A stretch of 64,000 bases of DNA from Minutocellus sp. GHC0000111 (Eukaryota): positions 1,426,001-1,490,000 of the forward strand of contig OZ361261.1 in NCBI GenBank assembly GCA_977018835.1, read 5' to 3'. This document shows, in pieces, positions 12,315 through 25,308 of this stretch (the stretch's first letter is position 1; each line of letters begins with the position of its first letter). The notes below the pieces were generated by a model. The model searched no databases. It worked only from the letters and a program-made list of their open reading frames with translations, and was not told where the DNA came from. A program made the position numbers and the translations under genes.

Positions 12315-15127
12315 ATGAAATCAGCAATGATATCAGCCGTGCAGTTGGCAGCCCTTGTGCTTCTACTTCTACCATCCCAATCCAATGCCAGCTACTCTGA
12401 TCTGCCGCCTGGCTTCATCAGCAAGCTCATCCCCGGAACTGGATACGAACCGGTGGCCATCAAAGTAATTCCTGATGGGCGCGTTCTTCTTCTAGAGCAC
12501 GAAGATACTGGACCTAGTACCGGCAAGGGCATCGTCCGTGTGGTAGAGAACGATGTAGCTCTTGCGACGCCCATGCTTTCTATCGACGTGGAGAGAGGTG
12601 GTGGCATGGAAGGTTTGCACGATGTGGCGCTTCATCCCGACTTTTTGGGAGGCAGTCCTTATTTGTACGTCTCTTACACTGCTAGTTCGCCCAACCCCCA
12701 TAATCGCATATCACGTTGGATAATCGATGGCAACGAGGCCGTCGACGCTGACGCCGAGGAGGTGTTGATCGAGCTACCTGACTATCCAGGCTCGACGGAT
12801 ACCCATTTCGGCGGAGCCATCGAGTTTAATACTCAAGATGGTAAGCTCTATGCCACGATTGGTGACCATCAGATACCCACAGCAGTCCAAACTTACGATA
12901 ATTTGTACGAAAAATTGCTGAGGATGAATGATGATGGTTCGATCCCCACAGACAATCCGTACTACGACAAGTTCGATGGCAACCTGAGATTGATTTATGC
13001 GACTGGTCTGCGAAATCCGTGGAAAATGGCGTATGATGCCGGCCGCGATGCAATGCTTATCAACGATGTTGGTTCAGGACAATGGGAAGAGGTGAACAAG
13101 GTATTGCCCAAGGCCAATTATGGGTGGTAAGTCAGTATGAGCTTCACCTGGATTTCTCCGAAACCAAAAACACAATCAATGAATGTTTCTTACTCACTTG
13201 TTATGCTTTCTTCATTCTTTTCCTCATGTTTACACCCATCAGGCCCGATTTTGAGGGGCCCGCTCTGACTGACGGCTTCACCGATCCAATCCACTCCTTT
13301 AGTCACGAAAATGGAACGCCTCTCTCCTGCGCCATCGTCGGTGGGGACGTTTACCAACCGGATATTTTTGCCACCAATACCTTCCCTTCCGCCTACATTG
13401 GCAAATTCTTTGCGGCAGATCTGTGTAATAATTGGGTGTTCACTCTGGATATTGAGACCGGCGAGCTCGAAGAGTTCTATTACGAGTCAGATGCCCTTCC
13501 AACTGACAGAAAGGGAGGGAATACTTTGGACCTCCGATCGTCTCCAGACGGGACATTGTGGCAATTGCGCCGCGACAAGGTCGACGGTATCAATGCTAGT
13601 TTTCTCTACAAGATCAAGTACATTGGATCTGGAGCCCCGTTCATCGGTACTCAACCACAAGATGTATCGACCGTATCTGGAGGCATGGTGTCTTTTGACG
13701 TGGAAGCTTTCGGAACAAAGCCCATGTCTTACCAATGGATGGCAAACGATGTCGACATTGTAGGAGCTACGAGCTCAACTCTTGAAGTCCTCACAGCGGC
13801 TGGTAATGATGGAAACAAATTTAAGTGCCGCGTTACGAATGCAGACGGCTCTACCACGAGTGATTCTGCCAAATTGACCATCATACCTGGCACCGCCCCC
13901 GTAGGGACAATCACCGCCCCTCTTCCCGGCACTACCTATGGAGGAGGAGACATCATCCAATTTTCTGGCTCCGGGATCGATGAAGAGGATGGCGTCCTCG
14001 AAGGAAGTGCTTTTAGTTGGACCGTAGAATTTCATCATGACGATCATCAGCACCCATTCATCAAAAAACTAAACAACAAAATTTTTTCTCAGTTCGAGGT
14101 CCCTGACATCGGCGAGACCGAAACCAACGTCTTCTTTCGAATCCAGCTCATTCTCACAGATTCCGACGGTGCAACTTCGTTGACATATGTCGACGTCGTG
14201 CCCAGAGTGAGACAGCTTACCCTTGAAAGCGATCCTCCAGGTCTGCAGCTTGCTCTAGATGGGCAGCCTTTCACTTCCCCGATCTATTCGGAGACCGTTG
14301 AAGGCGTCCAGCGATACATTACAGCACCGAAGACTCAAACAGTCGGCGGTAAGACTTACAAGCTGGACGACTGGTCCGACGGAGGAAAGTACACGCACGT
14401 TGTGGCACCAAAGAAGGACAAAGTATATACCGCCGTTTACCGTGAACTCGACATTACACCTACGATATCCCCAGCCCCCACTCCCACCCCTCCAGCACCA
14501 ACTCCACCACTCGATGTTTCCGGCCTTGGATATTTGAGATTTACTGGATCCCAGCAGGAATCTGCAGTGGCTTATCTTGACACCAAATCTGAACTGACAG
14601 TGGGGAAGCTTGAGCTGTATGTCCATCTCGCTCTCAAAAAGTGGAAGCCAGACTCTAACCAGGGAATCTATGGAAGTGACAAAGGCATAATGCAGTTGGT
14701 AGTGCGTAAGTCAGGAGACTTCAAGCTTACCCTCAAGGTCGAAGGCAACAGTGTCAAGGTCAAGTCCAAGAAACATGACTTTTCTGATGGAATGCGAAAG
14801 TGGATCCGAGTCGAGTACGATGGCGAGACGGGCCACGTGTCCTTCTATCATTCCAGCTCTACTCAGAGCAATGCCGCCAACGTTCTTGATTGGGATAAGC
14901 TCGGTACTTCCATCACCACAAACCCTGGAATCCTTCGTTCCATTCGTTCCATTGTTCTTGCCAAGAACAAACCCGGCGCCACTGGCAAATTCCCATTGGC
15001 CGGTAATGTCTATGGTTGCATGGTGATTCTGGGTGGCAATGTTCTGATCAATTCCAAATTCAGCGAGGATGTCCCAGTCGATTGGACCCTGGAGAATGTC
15101 TCGTACGTCGCTCCTACGACAGAATAA
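12315..15127 (+). CDS. Secreted PQQ-dependent glucose/sorbosone dehydrogenase-family protein with Ig-like and C-terminal beta-sandwich domains
   Basis: Signal peptide, then GSDH beta-propeller motifs GLHDVALHPDF, HFGGAIEF..DGKLYATIGD, GLRNPW and DVGSGQWEEVN. Intron 13127-13242 restores ANYGWP. Ig-like segment (YQW...GNKFKCRVTN) and WTVEFHHDDHQHP follow. Confidence 0.85.
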
Positions 15128-15239
15128 GGTATTGCCAAGAGAGAAATTCGACGCAAGAGATCCTACCGCATTCAACGTTTTAGATATAGAGTAAATTTAT
15201 GTAAAGATAAAGAGTAATGCCTATAGCCTCTTATCTGAT

Positions 15240-16514
15240 TTAGTCAGCCTTGGTCTCCTCTACAACAACGTCTTCTCCAACCTTACGTGTGGCACTGCCA
15301 CGATCCAACGGTTTCTGCTGCGACTCATGAGGCGTCCAACCGATGGCATAGATGATCTGCACGGATGCTTCGACGGAGTCGTTATCGTATACCCCATCGT
15401 CCACCTCGAGCTTGTACATGGAATCGTAAATGCACGCCGCCGACAAGAAGGCGTCGGTGCCCATCCGTGGTCCCGTGCTGTCTCCGGCATTGGTGGTTGT
15501 GCCCCGACGACTGGCACAGGCGTTGCCTTCGCCCATGCGCTGCAAATGTTCCATCAACACCATGGCATTGGGATAGCCGAGTTTGATGGTATCGATGTCG
15601 ACCGTGGGGAGGGTAAATCCAGCCGCCGTTAGGAGCGTTCCCACGTCGGCAAAGTCCACGAACGGCCCCACATGCGTCGACACGCCGCCGTCTCGCTCCA
15701 TCTCGGCCAGTACCAACGACGATCGGAGCTCACTGAGAGTGGATCCACCAATCATGGCAAACATGAGGCATCCATCGGGCTTGAGGACGCGCTTGGCCTC
15801 GGCCAGCAGACCGGGCAGATCATTGACCCAGTGGATCGACGCCGAACTTAGCACCAGATCAAACGTCCCATCGGGAAAGGGCAGCTTGGTTTCCTCATCG
15901 GCATGAAGTCGATACGTCGAACATCGATCCGACCCCTCAAAAGAATCGGCATCGTCCTCACCACCGCCAATACCAACGTCGCGATTGAGCATGGCATCCG
16001 ACGAGTCCAACTGCACCAGCTTGCGCACGCCGCCGATCCCGCCGGGTCCATCGAAGGCGTCGTCGGCGCAGATGGCCCGGTGGACGTATCCCGGCCCCGA
16101 CCCGATGTCAAGGGCGAGGGGGAACCCACCGTCGCGCCGAATGTCGTCGAGGCGATCGACGAGGCGGGAGGCGATTTCTTCCCGAAAGTAGTCGTAGTCT
16201 ACGGCGTCGGAAGATGACGAGGAAGATTCCTTCCCTTTGCGCTGTGCCTGGGCTGCGCCGTCGCGTTGGATTTGCTTGATCCGCCGGTCAAAGGCAAGGA
16301 CCGTGGAGGATGACGTTTGTTGGCCGTCGTCAGCAATTGACGAGAAGGATGTTTGGGCATGGGAATATGTGCTGCAAGTCCAAGTGCGAGGTCGACGGAG
16401 AGGAAGTAGCGAAAGGTTAGAAGGGCTAGTGGTGGAGATGGCTCTATTAGCAGTAGATGGCCTTGCTGCAAGCATGTGTTGGGCATGCTGCTGGGCTATC
16501 CGGCGGGAGATCAT
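15240..16514 (-). CDS. NDUFAF5: Mitochondrial complex I assembly factor, SAM-dependent methyltransferase fold (arginine hydroxylase)
   Basis: Motifs AFDRRIKQIQRD, RLVDRLDDIRR, ALDIGSGPG, HWVNDLPG, ERDGGVSTHVGP, GFTLPTVD, LQRMGEGNA and IGWTPHESQQKPLDRGSA. Arg-rich N-terminal presequence. First in-frame ATG is 16514. Confidence 0.92.
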   Translation of the reverse strand: MISRRIAQQHAQHMLAARPSTANRAISTTSPSNLSLLPLRRPRTWTCSTYSHAQTSFSSIADDGQQTSSSTVLAFDRRIKQIQRDGAAQAQRKGKESSSSSSDAVDYDYFREEIASRLVDRLDDIRRDGGFPLALDIGSGPGYVHRAICADDAFDGPGGIGGVRKLVQLDSSDAMLNRDVGIGGGEDDADSFEGSDRCSTYRLHADEETKLPFPDGTFDLVLSSASIHWVNDLPGLLAEAKRVLKPDGCLMFAMIGGSTLSELRSSLVLAEMERDGGVSTHVGPFVDFADVGTLLTAAGFTLPTVDIDTIKLGYPNAMVLMEHLQRMGEGNACASRRGTTTNAGDSTGPRMGTDAFLSAACIYDSMYKLEVDDGVYDNDSVEASVQIIYAIGWTPHESQQKPLDRGSATRKVGEDVVVEETKAD

Positions 16515-17408
16515 TGCGTTGTATTGACGACGAATGAGGTGGACACGATACGACGAGTGGGGGATGGAGGCCAAAATAATGACGATATCTATGCTGTATC
16601 TTGGGCAAATAAATAAAGGAGATCAATTTCCTTCTTCAATGGTTCCAATGGAAGACTGAAGGCTTAGACATGGTCGCAACTTCGGCCAACTTAAGTGCTT
16701 GACATGGGTGCATCGGGTGCATCGCTCGGCCTTTTCAATCAATCGAGCGCGGCAGCGATGGTTGACGGCCAGACTGTTACTGATACAAAGCACTAATTAA
16801 TCTCAAATTAGTGCCTATTGCAATTGTACATGTATCAGACAGGCGGAGGAACGGGGATCGACAAAAGCAAACAAAGATTATCGCAGGCGTCCGTTTGCTT
16901 TTGCGCGCAACGCAACGGTTGGACCGACAACTTTCATTTTGTGGTTGTTCTGTGGTTGCCTCACCAAAAATCGCCCAGCATTCTTCGAGTCCTTTAGTGG
17001 GATAGAGAGCGATTGTATCGTGGAAGAGTTGTCGACGGAAATAAGACCCTCGTTCCATATCTTTGTTTCACTTCAGCCTCCATTTGCTTCTTTCCGGCAC
17101 ATATCGTACAAACATCTTGTGCTCTCTTTCGGAGTGTCCTTGTAAAGACAGAATCCAGATCTTGGGATTGATTCCGTCGACGTGGAGTTGGTCTACCGAG
17201 GAAGTTTCTTCCACAAACAACGGCCGCAACGCACACACACATACAGTGCGATCGAATTCGTTTAGGTGCATTTATCGTGCAAACGAACGGAGATCCGTCC
17301 ATCGGTCTTGCAAGATAAGTATCTTCTCGTACCGCAGATCCTTAAAAAGAAAAACGACACGAAACGACCAGTATTAGTACAGAACCAACACCAAACCATC
17401 CCAAGACC

Positions 17409-19761
17409 ATGCCGCATCTGTACCAGCAACCATCCGCCCAGGACCACCAGCAGCACCCCGCGGGGTATCATCACGGAGGAGCAGTCCCGCCGCCGCAGAC
17501 GGCCGGCGCCCCTCAACCGGCACAGCACCTGATGAACATGCTGCCCCCGCCCCACGCTTCCGGAACCCAGCAAGCAGCAGCAGCGCAGCATCCGCAGATC
17601 ACACCGCCTCATCCCTACTCGACCAACCCGTACGGACTGTCAGCCGCTAGCGCCGCTACCGCGATCCCGCCGATGGCCCTGCACCCGCACCACGGCGTAC
17701 CAGGCTGGATTCGCCTCGGCCCAGGCCCACGCGGCCCAGCACGTGGCCAACCTTCAGGCGGCTCAGGCACAGCATGCACAGCACGCCCAGATCCACGCCA
17801 TGTACGCTGGGCAACACATGGCAGGCCATCACCACCACCCTCACCATCCTGCTCATCTGCCGTACCGTCCCTCGGCCGTGCCCCCTCCAGCCTCGCGGGC
17901 CAAGATGCGACGGTTACCGTCTCTCCAGGAATCAAGCGGGAGGACAGCGGCAGCATCACCGGTATGGACAACAACGACGGCCGGGCCAGCGCCGAGGACA
18001 TTGCCGTCAGCGCCCTGTCGATGCTGTGCGGCGCCGCGTTGGGAGATGTCAAGGTGAAGAAGGAGGAGGATGTCGGCGAGGCAGAGATGCAGAGCCAAAC
18101 CAAGGTGGGGGGTGCCGTGCGGGTGGAGGGTTCGCCCAGCTTTGTCGAGGAGAGCAAGAAGACGACGACGGATGGCGCAGCTGCGGCCACGACCACGGCC
18201 GCTTCTGCCGCCGCGGCGCACATCTCTCCCGCCTCCACCGTCGGCAGTGTCGGTGCCGAGGGTACCCCCTCAGAGAGTGTCAAGCAGGTGGTGGTGGTGG
18301 TGGATCATGCAGCAGCTGGAGTCACAGCCGGCGCTTCCGCTGCCACCGGCAAGCCGGTGCCACACTTTCCTTCTCTCCTGCACGACGTCTTGACGAATTC
18401 TCGTCATGCCGGATCGGTGCTGGAATGGCTCCCCCACGGACAGGGGTGGAGGGTTTTGCGATGGGATGAGATGGCCCGGACTGTCCTGCCCGAGCATTTT
18501 CCTCAGTTTTGTTCCAGTTCGGCGGCGACGAAGGAGGATACAACCAGTACCAGTGAGAAGAACAAAAAGGAGGAGGACGGAGGAAACGGAGACAATGCCA
18601 ATACCAAGACCAAGGCGAAGCAGCTGAGAAGGAAGCCACCGATGTTGCCGCTGAGGCCCAAGGCCGAGGAAACCTCCTCAAAGGGAGCAGGCGACGGTGA
18701 CGTCAATGCCTTCCTTTCGCACGTACGGGCCTGGGGCTTCCAGGAGGTTCGAGATGGTGGGCCGGATATGGGCTCGTACCGACATGCGGTGAGTGTTGAA
18801 GTTGAATTACTTCCTCTCTTTCTCTAGGAACTAATCATGATGATTCGTGCATGTATTGCATACCTAAACGTTCTGCTCACCGATAATGCACATGTGACCT
18901 TTTCCCTCTCATAATCATTTTCGTATCTATTCACAGCTTTTCCTCCGAGGCAACCCCAACCTAAGCCTTCAGATGCGCCTCCTGAATGGACAACGGCCCT
19001 ATGCGCCATCGGCAGTGTCAATGGACACCGCGGATGCACCCATCGCCTCTCTGCAGGTCCCATCGCTCCTCAGTTCGGCCTCCTCCGGATCCATGGCCGA
19101 CAAGCGCAAGATTGGTCAGACCGTGTCAAGAGACTCGCACGGATCGCCGTCGACAAAGCGTGGGCGATTCGCTTCCATGCCCGCCCAGCAACATCCACAG
19201 ATGCTCCTTCACAATGGCATGGGCCAGATATATGTAGGTGGTGCTGGTGCCATGCAGATGGCTCCTCATCAGCCATCGTCGCTCATGTTTGCATACAATC
19301 CCACCAACGGCGCTACCGCTGGTGCCCAGGGCATCCCCATGCGCAAGATATCCGACGCAAACCTTCCAAAGTATCCCGGCGCACCTGCTCCTGGAGCTAT
19401 TTTCCGCGGCGCCACAACCAGCGTTGTCACTGGAGGAAGGGTCAGTATGCGCGGCCGAAATCGAGGAGTTGCAGCCCCGGCTCCAGCGATGCCCATGGCT
19501 TCTCTGCAGATGGCTCAGCACCCTGTCTTGGACCGACGCGATGAGATGGAGCATCGCGCCCCCGCCCCGGCTGTCCGAGCCAACTTTCCTGTCTCGACTC
19601 GAGGCCGAGCGGGAAGGAAGGGCCCTGTGAGAGCTCCCATCCCCAACATCGCAAGCCACGGCTCGGAGGCTGCCGATGCCATGATGATGATGATGATGAA
19701 AGGTGTGAGCTCGGTCTCAACTGGCTCGGCCTCGGCGCCGTCAAGCGACGAAAGGAAGTAG
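17409..19761 (+). CDS. HSF-type DNA-binding domain transcription factor
   Basis: HFPSLLHDVL...LEWLPHGQGWRV...FLSHVRAWGFQ...YRH, then intron 18789-18936, then LFLRGNPNLSLQMR. Q/H/P-rich N-terminus with probable compensating frameshifts ~17700-17900. Confidence 0.85.
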
Positions 19762-20001
19762 GAGGAAGCACCATTGAAATCATATCTGCTGGAGAGGAAC
19801 ATATCAAGCGGTATGGTGAAAGCTTGTAGCTTCATACCAGTACCGATAAATGTAGCTAATACTAAACAAAGCCTTTTGTTATCACTTACCAATTCTCTAT
19901 CATTTGTTATAAAATACAATGTATCTCTAAATCCGCTTTGAAGTCTCCGATCTCCCTCGACTAGACAAATACACTTCTATAAATCACGCAACAAGCACTC
20001 T

Positions 20002-22538
20002 TCAAGGGAACATATTGATATGATCGCCTTCGTTCTTCTCAAATTTCCACCTTTGGACATCAGATCCATTGCATCGCTCAAACGTTACGGGCAAGCGAAG
20101 ATACTGGAGGCTACGGAGACCCGAGAGACGCCTTCCAGTGCCAGACATCATACAGAGATCGGCAGAAATTACAGGCGTGATTTCATTGCTCTGTTCAAAA
20201 ACAAATTGCTGGCTCTGCTTACTACGGTCACAGTAGCGCAGCTTTACTTCAGCCCCATTGGCATAGGACATAACTTGCACACAGTAGAGAGTATAGTCCT
20301 TGAGAAAAAGCTGGCCCAATTCATTAGTTGCCCAGTCCTGAAAGACATTGAAGAAAGATGATCAAATAGAATAAAATCATTCAAGTAAGTCACATTTTCC
20401 TCGCTCAAGGCGTGCAATGGTTCACACTCCGGCTCTAGATGTACTACATGTACTAATCGTACCTGCTTTTGGTCGTTCTGTTGGCAATCGGTATAGATCA
20501 CATGGGAATTAAGCGAAGGAGACAAGACAGCGAGACACTTTTCCACATCAGTAGCGGCGTTCTTTTGCATGCTGACAATATGAACCTTATTATAGTGATT
20601 CTTCGCGCTAATTTCATGATCATAGATATTCACATCGTAAAATGTCCACGTCGCAGCATTTGCACATGGTGTGAGCTCGACAACATCGTTGGGGGAAATG
20701 CTAAGCAAAGATGTGGCATATGTCATGCAGAGGCCACTTGGACCAGCCCTGATCGTATTGGTATCGTAAGTCCAGAGTTTACGGTTAAGAACGTCACATT
20801 TTTGTAGAAATACGTCTTTTCCGGACGAAAGAGAGTCCACGTCGGCACAGACACCTGAGGTATCGTTGGGAGGGAAGGGAAGAAGAAGAGAATGATTAAT
20901 GGGTAGATTTACACTCTCAAGTCACAAGTAATCCCTCAAGTGCTTTCAATATTTCACATGTACCTCGTCTACATATATATACGAATGTATCTGCCAGCAC
21001 TCACCTGGATTCAGTTTGGGATAAAGGGCCCCTGTTGAACTTAATGCCCATTTCTGCTTGTCATCATCTTTGTGGCAATCGTCGATTTTCAGAAGTCCAA
21101 TTATACCGGCGGAAGTGATGGTAATGCAGAATCTGCGGTCATCATCTGCCACAATCATTTGATCACCCGGTGGGCCATCGATCGTGCATGGATACTCTTC
21201 AGGAGGGTATTGATCTTTCTTGGTCCGTGCCCACAATTGGCGGCAACTCTTTGTGCACTCATCAAGGACGATCGGTTTACCGCTGTCCGTGCCTCCAAGG
21301 AATGACAGACAAACTGAATTGTCCACGCTCAAATGGAATTGTTCGTCCGAGATATGGTGGTCGAATTTCTGTTCATCGATTGTACTCGAGCAGGGCTGGA
21401 GACTGATCTGCTCCCCTTCCTTACGGCCTTTCGCCTGGGCACAGAGAGATCCATGGGTCACGGGTTTCAATTGCTTGGATACATATTCCCAGTAGAAGCT
21501 ATTATCCAATGTGTCGCAGTAGTCGAGTTCTAGACGGTTTCCAACCTTGGTGTGGTGACCTTCCAAACCAATACAATAATCAGTATTGGTTCGGAGGACG
21601 AGAAGGTGATCATTATTCGATGTGCTCGATGACCAGTATTCCTTGTCCATAAGTTCCCATTGAAGCCGATTGTTCGTGGAAGAACAAATTGGATCGGTTA
21701 AAATGTAGCTGCCGGCTACTGGGGTCGATGCACCATAGCGCATGCAATCGAGGGACCCTTTGTTTTGAAGCATCACGCTGTTCGAGCTACCGCCTCCACT
21801 AATTGCGTACCAGACTTGATCTCCGGGGGTCGGGTCGTTGCACGTCCGAAGGCGGAGTTTACCGCTTGTACTAGGAGCGTCAACACACAAACCGAGGTCT
21901 TTGTAGGGTCGGAGAGTGCCCCCTTCCACCAAGCGAAATAACTGAGTCTTGTCCGTGCTGCTGCATGCCTGTAGCTCAAGGTATTCATTATTCTTGACAT
22001 TCGAGCTCTGGATGCCTATGCAATAGTTGTTGTCCGAGTCTAGGACAATCAGTTGATACCGTGTCACGGCCCACTCGAATTTGTCTGCATTGGGAACTCC
22101 AGTAGCATTTGGGCATGAATCAGCCCAAACAAGGTCACCAATATTTGGGTCCTTGGCTGGATAGGTAATGCAAACCTTGGCGCTGTCGGTATGAATCGTT
22201 TTCATAGCATGTGGGTCGTGGTCCCAGTTGTTAGGAGGAGAAGGGAGAAAGCTGTAGCACGGTGCGACCTTGAGCGGGTCAGGAAAAGAAGTCGGTGCTG
22301 TTGCACAAAGCTGAGGGGTAGAGACCGTCTTCCATCGCCCCCCGGGGTTGAATTCCCAATCCTGATCTGTATTACCGCCGTGGCAGGCCGTCAGCTCCAC
22401 ACGACTACTGCTTGGCACCCAGGCAACGCATTTTGTCTCGTCTTCCCTCAAAACTATTTGGTCAGACGTCAATGCATCCGTGAGGACAAAGATCGAACCT
22501 GTCGCCAAGAGGAGGGCAACAGCAAGTCTTTTCTTCAT
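20002..22538 (-). CDS. Secreted ricin-B (beta-trefoil) lectin repeat protein (3 exons)
   Basis: Signal peptide MKKRLAVALLL. Many CxxxxxxxxxxLxxC...QxW/QxF repeats. Introns 20855-21004 and 20338-20462 give an in-frame product. Confidence 0.82.
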
Positions 22539-23491
22539 GAAAATCTTTTGCGTATCTTGAGTAGATTTAGCACGATGTATTGATTGAATAAGTCGAACGA
22601 ATGAGGCGTAATCTGCAGTTGAATATGTTGTTGTGACCTAAAGAGGAAAGAAACGCTGCATGAAAAATGGCCGTGGCAGCCGATGTTATCTGTATTGCAG
22701 GTGTATCTGTGGTCGATAACGAGAGAACAAATCGTCGATGATAAATACAAACGCAACAAAATATTTTTTGGTGCGCTGTGCTGCCTTTTCTTTACACCGC
22801 ACGGCTCAAGCATGTCATGCATATCTTGACGTACCTTTTTCGTTTTTTTTTATGAGGCAGGCGGCTCTTCTTTTGACAACTGTTTCGCATCGGCTTCGCA
22901 TGGCCGCGCTCGAAGAATCAAGACGAACAGAACGTGAATCATGCAAATTGAGACGTCCCTTTCTCTGGCGTCAATTGTGCGAACCGCGTTGATGCGAACC
23001 CAAACGAGGCCATTGCATCGGCCAGCAGATGATACCAAGTAACACAACAGCCCCAGCGGCCAGTAGCGACAAGTAACCATTGAGTCCAACGGTCAGCACA
23101 GAAAAATGCAGAGATGCATGTAGTTATTTGTCCCCACCTGATATTCAAATCAAATCTTGTTCTCTAGAGCTCTAGATCTAGATATGCCGGCAGATCTACT
23201 CTCTGGATCAAGGAGCAAGCTACTTGATAGATCTAGTAACTAGATCTACAGTCCATACATGTAGTCTTGAAACCGCCATTGATGCAATTCAATTCGCCGA
23301 AGCATGCAATTTGTGTTGGAGAGTGACACACGGCACACGAAGCATAGGAATTCCCAATGCGCCTTTCCAAGGTTGTCCATTTATTATGATGGCGCAGTAC
23401 CTGGTACAGTAATACCAGCACAGCAACGTGTGTGTAGAATAAAAACAATTTACAACATATTTATGCCGAGATAAAATAAATAAATAGCTAG

Positions 23492-24694
23492 CTACGGAAA
23501 CGGCTCCTCATTGGCAAAATCACTTTCGTTGCATTGCAGACCCTCATACGCCAGAGCTGTTCTTCGTTCAAATTCCTGCAAGGTAATGGTTTCGTTTTCA
23601 CCAAGCTCACGAGCGAGCTTCTTGGCCAATCCAATCACCACACAGTCGCTCTGCGTTTCGTGCTCGGCATCCTTCATAAGCTCTCTCACTCCAGCTCGAC
23701 AAAGAGCCTTGTCTTGCGTCACGTCCATGGCATCGAACAATGCCCGTGTGAGCATTCCTCCAGTACTGACAGCGTCTCGAACAATCTGATGATTCTCCGA
23801 TGAGATCATCCATCTCGCATGAGAGCCGCCGTGGGAGGACTGGAGCTTGGTGCTGACGGGCTTCCTCGTGGAGCGTTCGAATCGATACAGAATTGGCACT
23901 GAATTTGGAACATATATCTGGCTTACTTGGTCTTCCGGTACCTCATCGAAATAGGCAATGAGTGATCTAATGGTATTCGCATGCGCTACGACGATAATGG
24001 TGCGATCATCGGGCGGTATCGGCAGACCTTCCTCATCGAACAGTGCCGGTGCAATTGTGTCCTCAAAGCACCCCATGACGCGCGTTTGACAGTCCGCCAG
24101 ACTTTCAGTGAGCGGTGCCGGCGGGGGCAAGTAGTATTCGTGATCCTTCTCCATCGGCGGTGGTCGGCCGTGGAGCGATCGGCGCCATTCCATCACCTTG
24201 TCGGCACCGTACTTTTCTGCCAAGTTGGGATCGTTCTTGAATAGGCCCTGCACGGCACCATAGTGTCGCTCATTGAGCCTCCAATCGCGACGGATGCGAT
24301 CACTGCACCATGATTCCTGTTCATGGCCGGCCATTGAGGCCAGAGTCAATTCACATGTTTCATGCGCTCTTTGGAGTTCGGAGGAGAACGCAACACATAC
24401 CGACGAGGCCTTGATCCCTCGCGAGCGCATCAATTGACCAGCCGCCACGGCTTCTACGCGCCCTCTCACGGTGAGCGGAATATCACACCAGCCGGTGAAA
24501 CGTGCGCTCGGACCATTCCATTGACTCTGACCATGTCGAAGCAGGATGAGAGTTGAGACGACTCTTCGTTGGCTGTTGGTGGCAGTGGGGGTATTGGAGG
24601 GAGACTGAGCCGAAAACGGACTCTTTCCGGCAACAAAAGAAGGACGAGATCGGCACAAAAGCCTCCGACCGACAACTGTAGCGGCGGATGCCAT
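23492..24694 (-). CDS. gpmA: 2,3-BPG-dependent phosphoglycerate mutase with presequence and EF-hand-like C-terminal extension
   Basis: Motifs LILLRHGQSQWN, RFTGWCDIPLT, WRLNERHYGAVQG, TESLAD and VAHANTIRSL. Arg/Ser-rich, acid-free N-terminus. Confidence 0.9.
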   Translation of the reverse strand: MASAATVVGRRLLCRSRPSFVAGKSPFSAQSPSNTPTATNSQRRVVSTLILLRHGQSQWNGPSARFTGWCDIPLTVRGRVEAVAAGQLMRSRGIKASSVCVAFSSELQRAHETCELTLASMAGHEQESWCSDRIRRDWRLNERHYGAVQGLFKNDPNLAEKYGADKVMEWRRSLHGRPPPMEKDHEYYLPPPAPLTESLADCQTRVMGCFEDTIAPALFDEEGLPIPPDDRTIIVVAHANTIRSLIAYFDEVPEDQVSQIYVPNSVPILYRFERSTRKPVSTKLQSSHGGSHARWMISSENHQIVRDAVSTGGMLTRALFDAMDVTQDKALCRAGVRELMKDAEHETQSDCVVIGLAKKLARELGENETITLQEFERRTALAYEGLQCNESDFANEEPFP

Positions 24695-25308
24695 TGCTGG
24701 GATGGCACAGAGGACCTGCTGCTAGGCTGCGCAAATCCTTGTTTTATTCTCGGCACGTTGCTTGCTTCCGCCCTCCTTGAAGAAGAATGACATTGCCGGC
24801 ACTTCCCGCACCTGTGACGTTGGTCTGTTGAGCACAAATTAGTCGAACAAGTCGGATCATTTTTATTTGACTCGCTCGATCCAATCATGCCGTGATCGTC
24901 GTCGAACAACGATGAAGGTCAAGCCGCCATCTTCTTCTGGCAGGACAGCAAAGAAGAGCCTGGTAGTACCGGTACAACGCTCACATAAAAAAAAAAACGC
25001 GCCATCTAAACTAATCAATTCTAAGCTCAAACATGCCCGATAAAGGCTTGGCAAGAATCCTCGCGGCCCTCCTCATGGTTGTGGGAGCCTTTCTGGCGGT
25101 GGAAGCCAAGACCGCCATCCCAGACTTGTCGAACATTGATATTGGTTTGACTGACAACGACGAGGCCGCATTGTTCGATAGGGACCACCGCGGCGTTGCA
25201 ATGAACGAATGAAGAGAAATAAAACCACGAAGCTAGCTGCCTACCTTGTAGATCGATATTATAAAGTAGAAATAATATTCATGGAGGGATCCCTATTCAA
25301 ATTTATTC

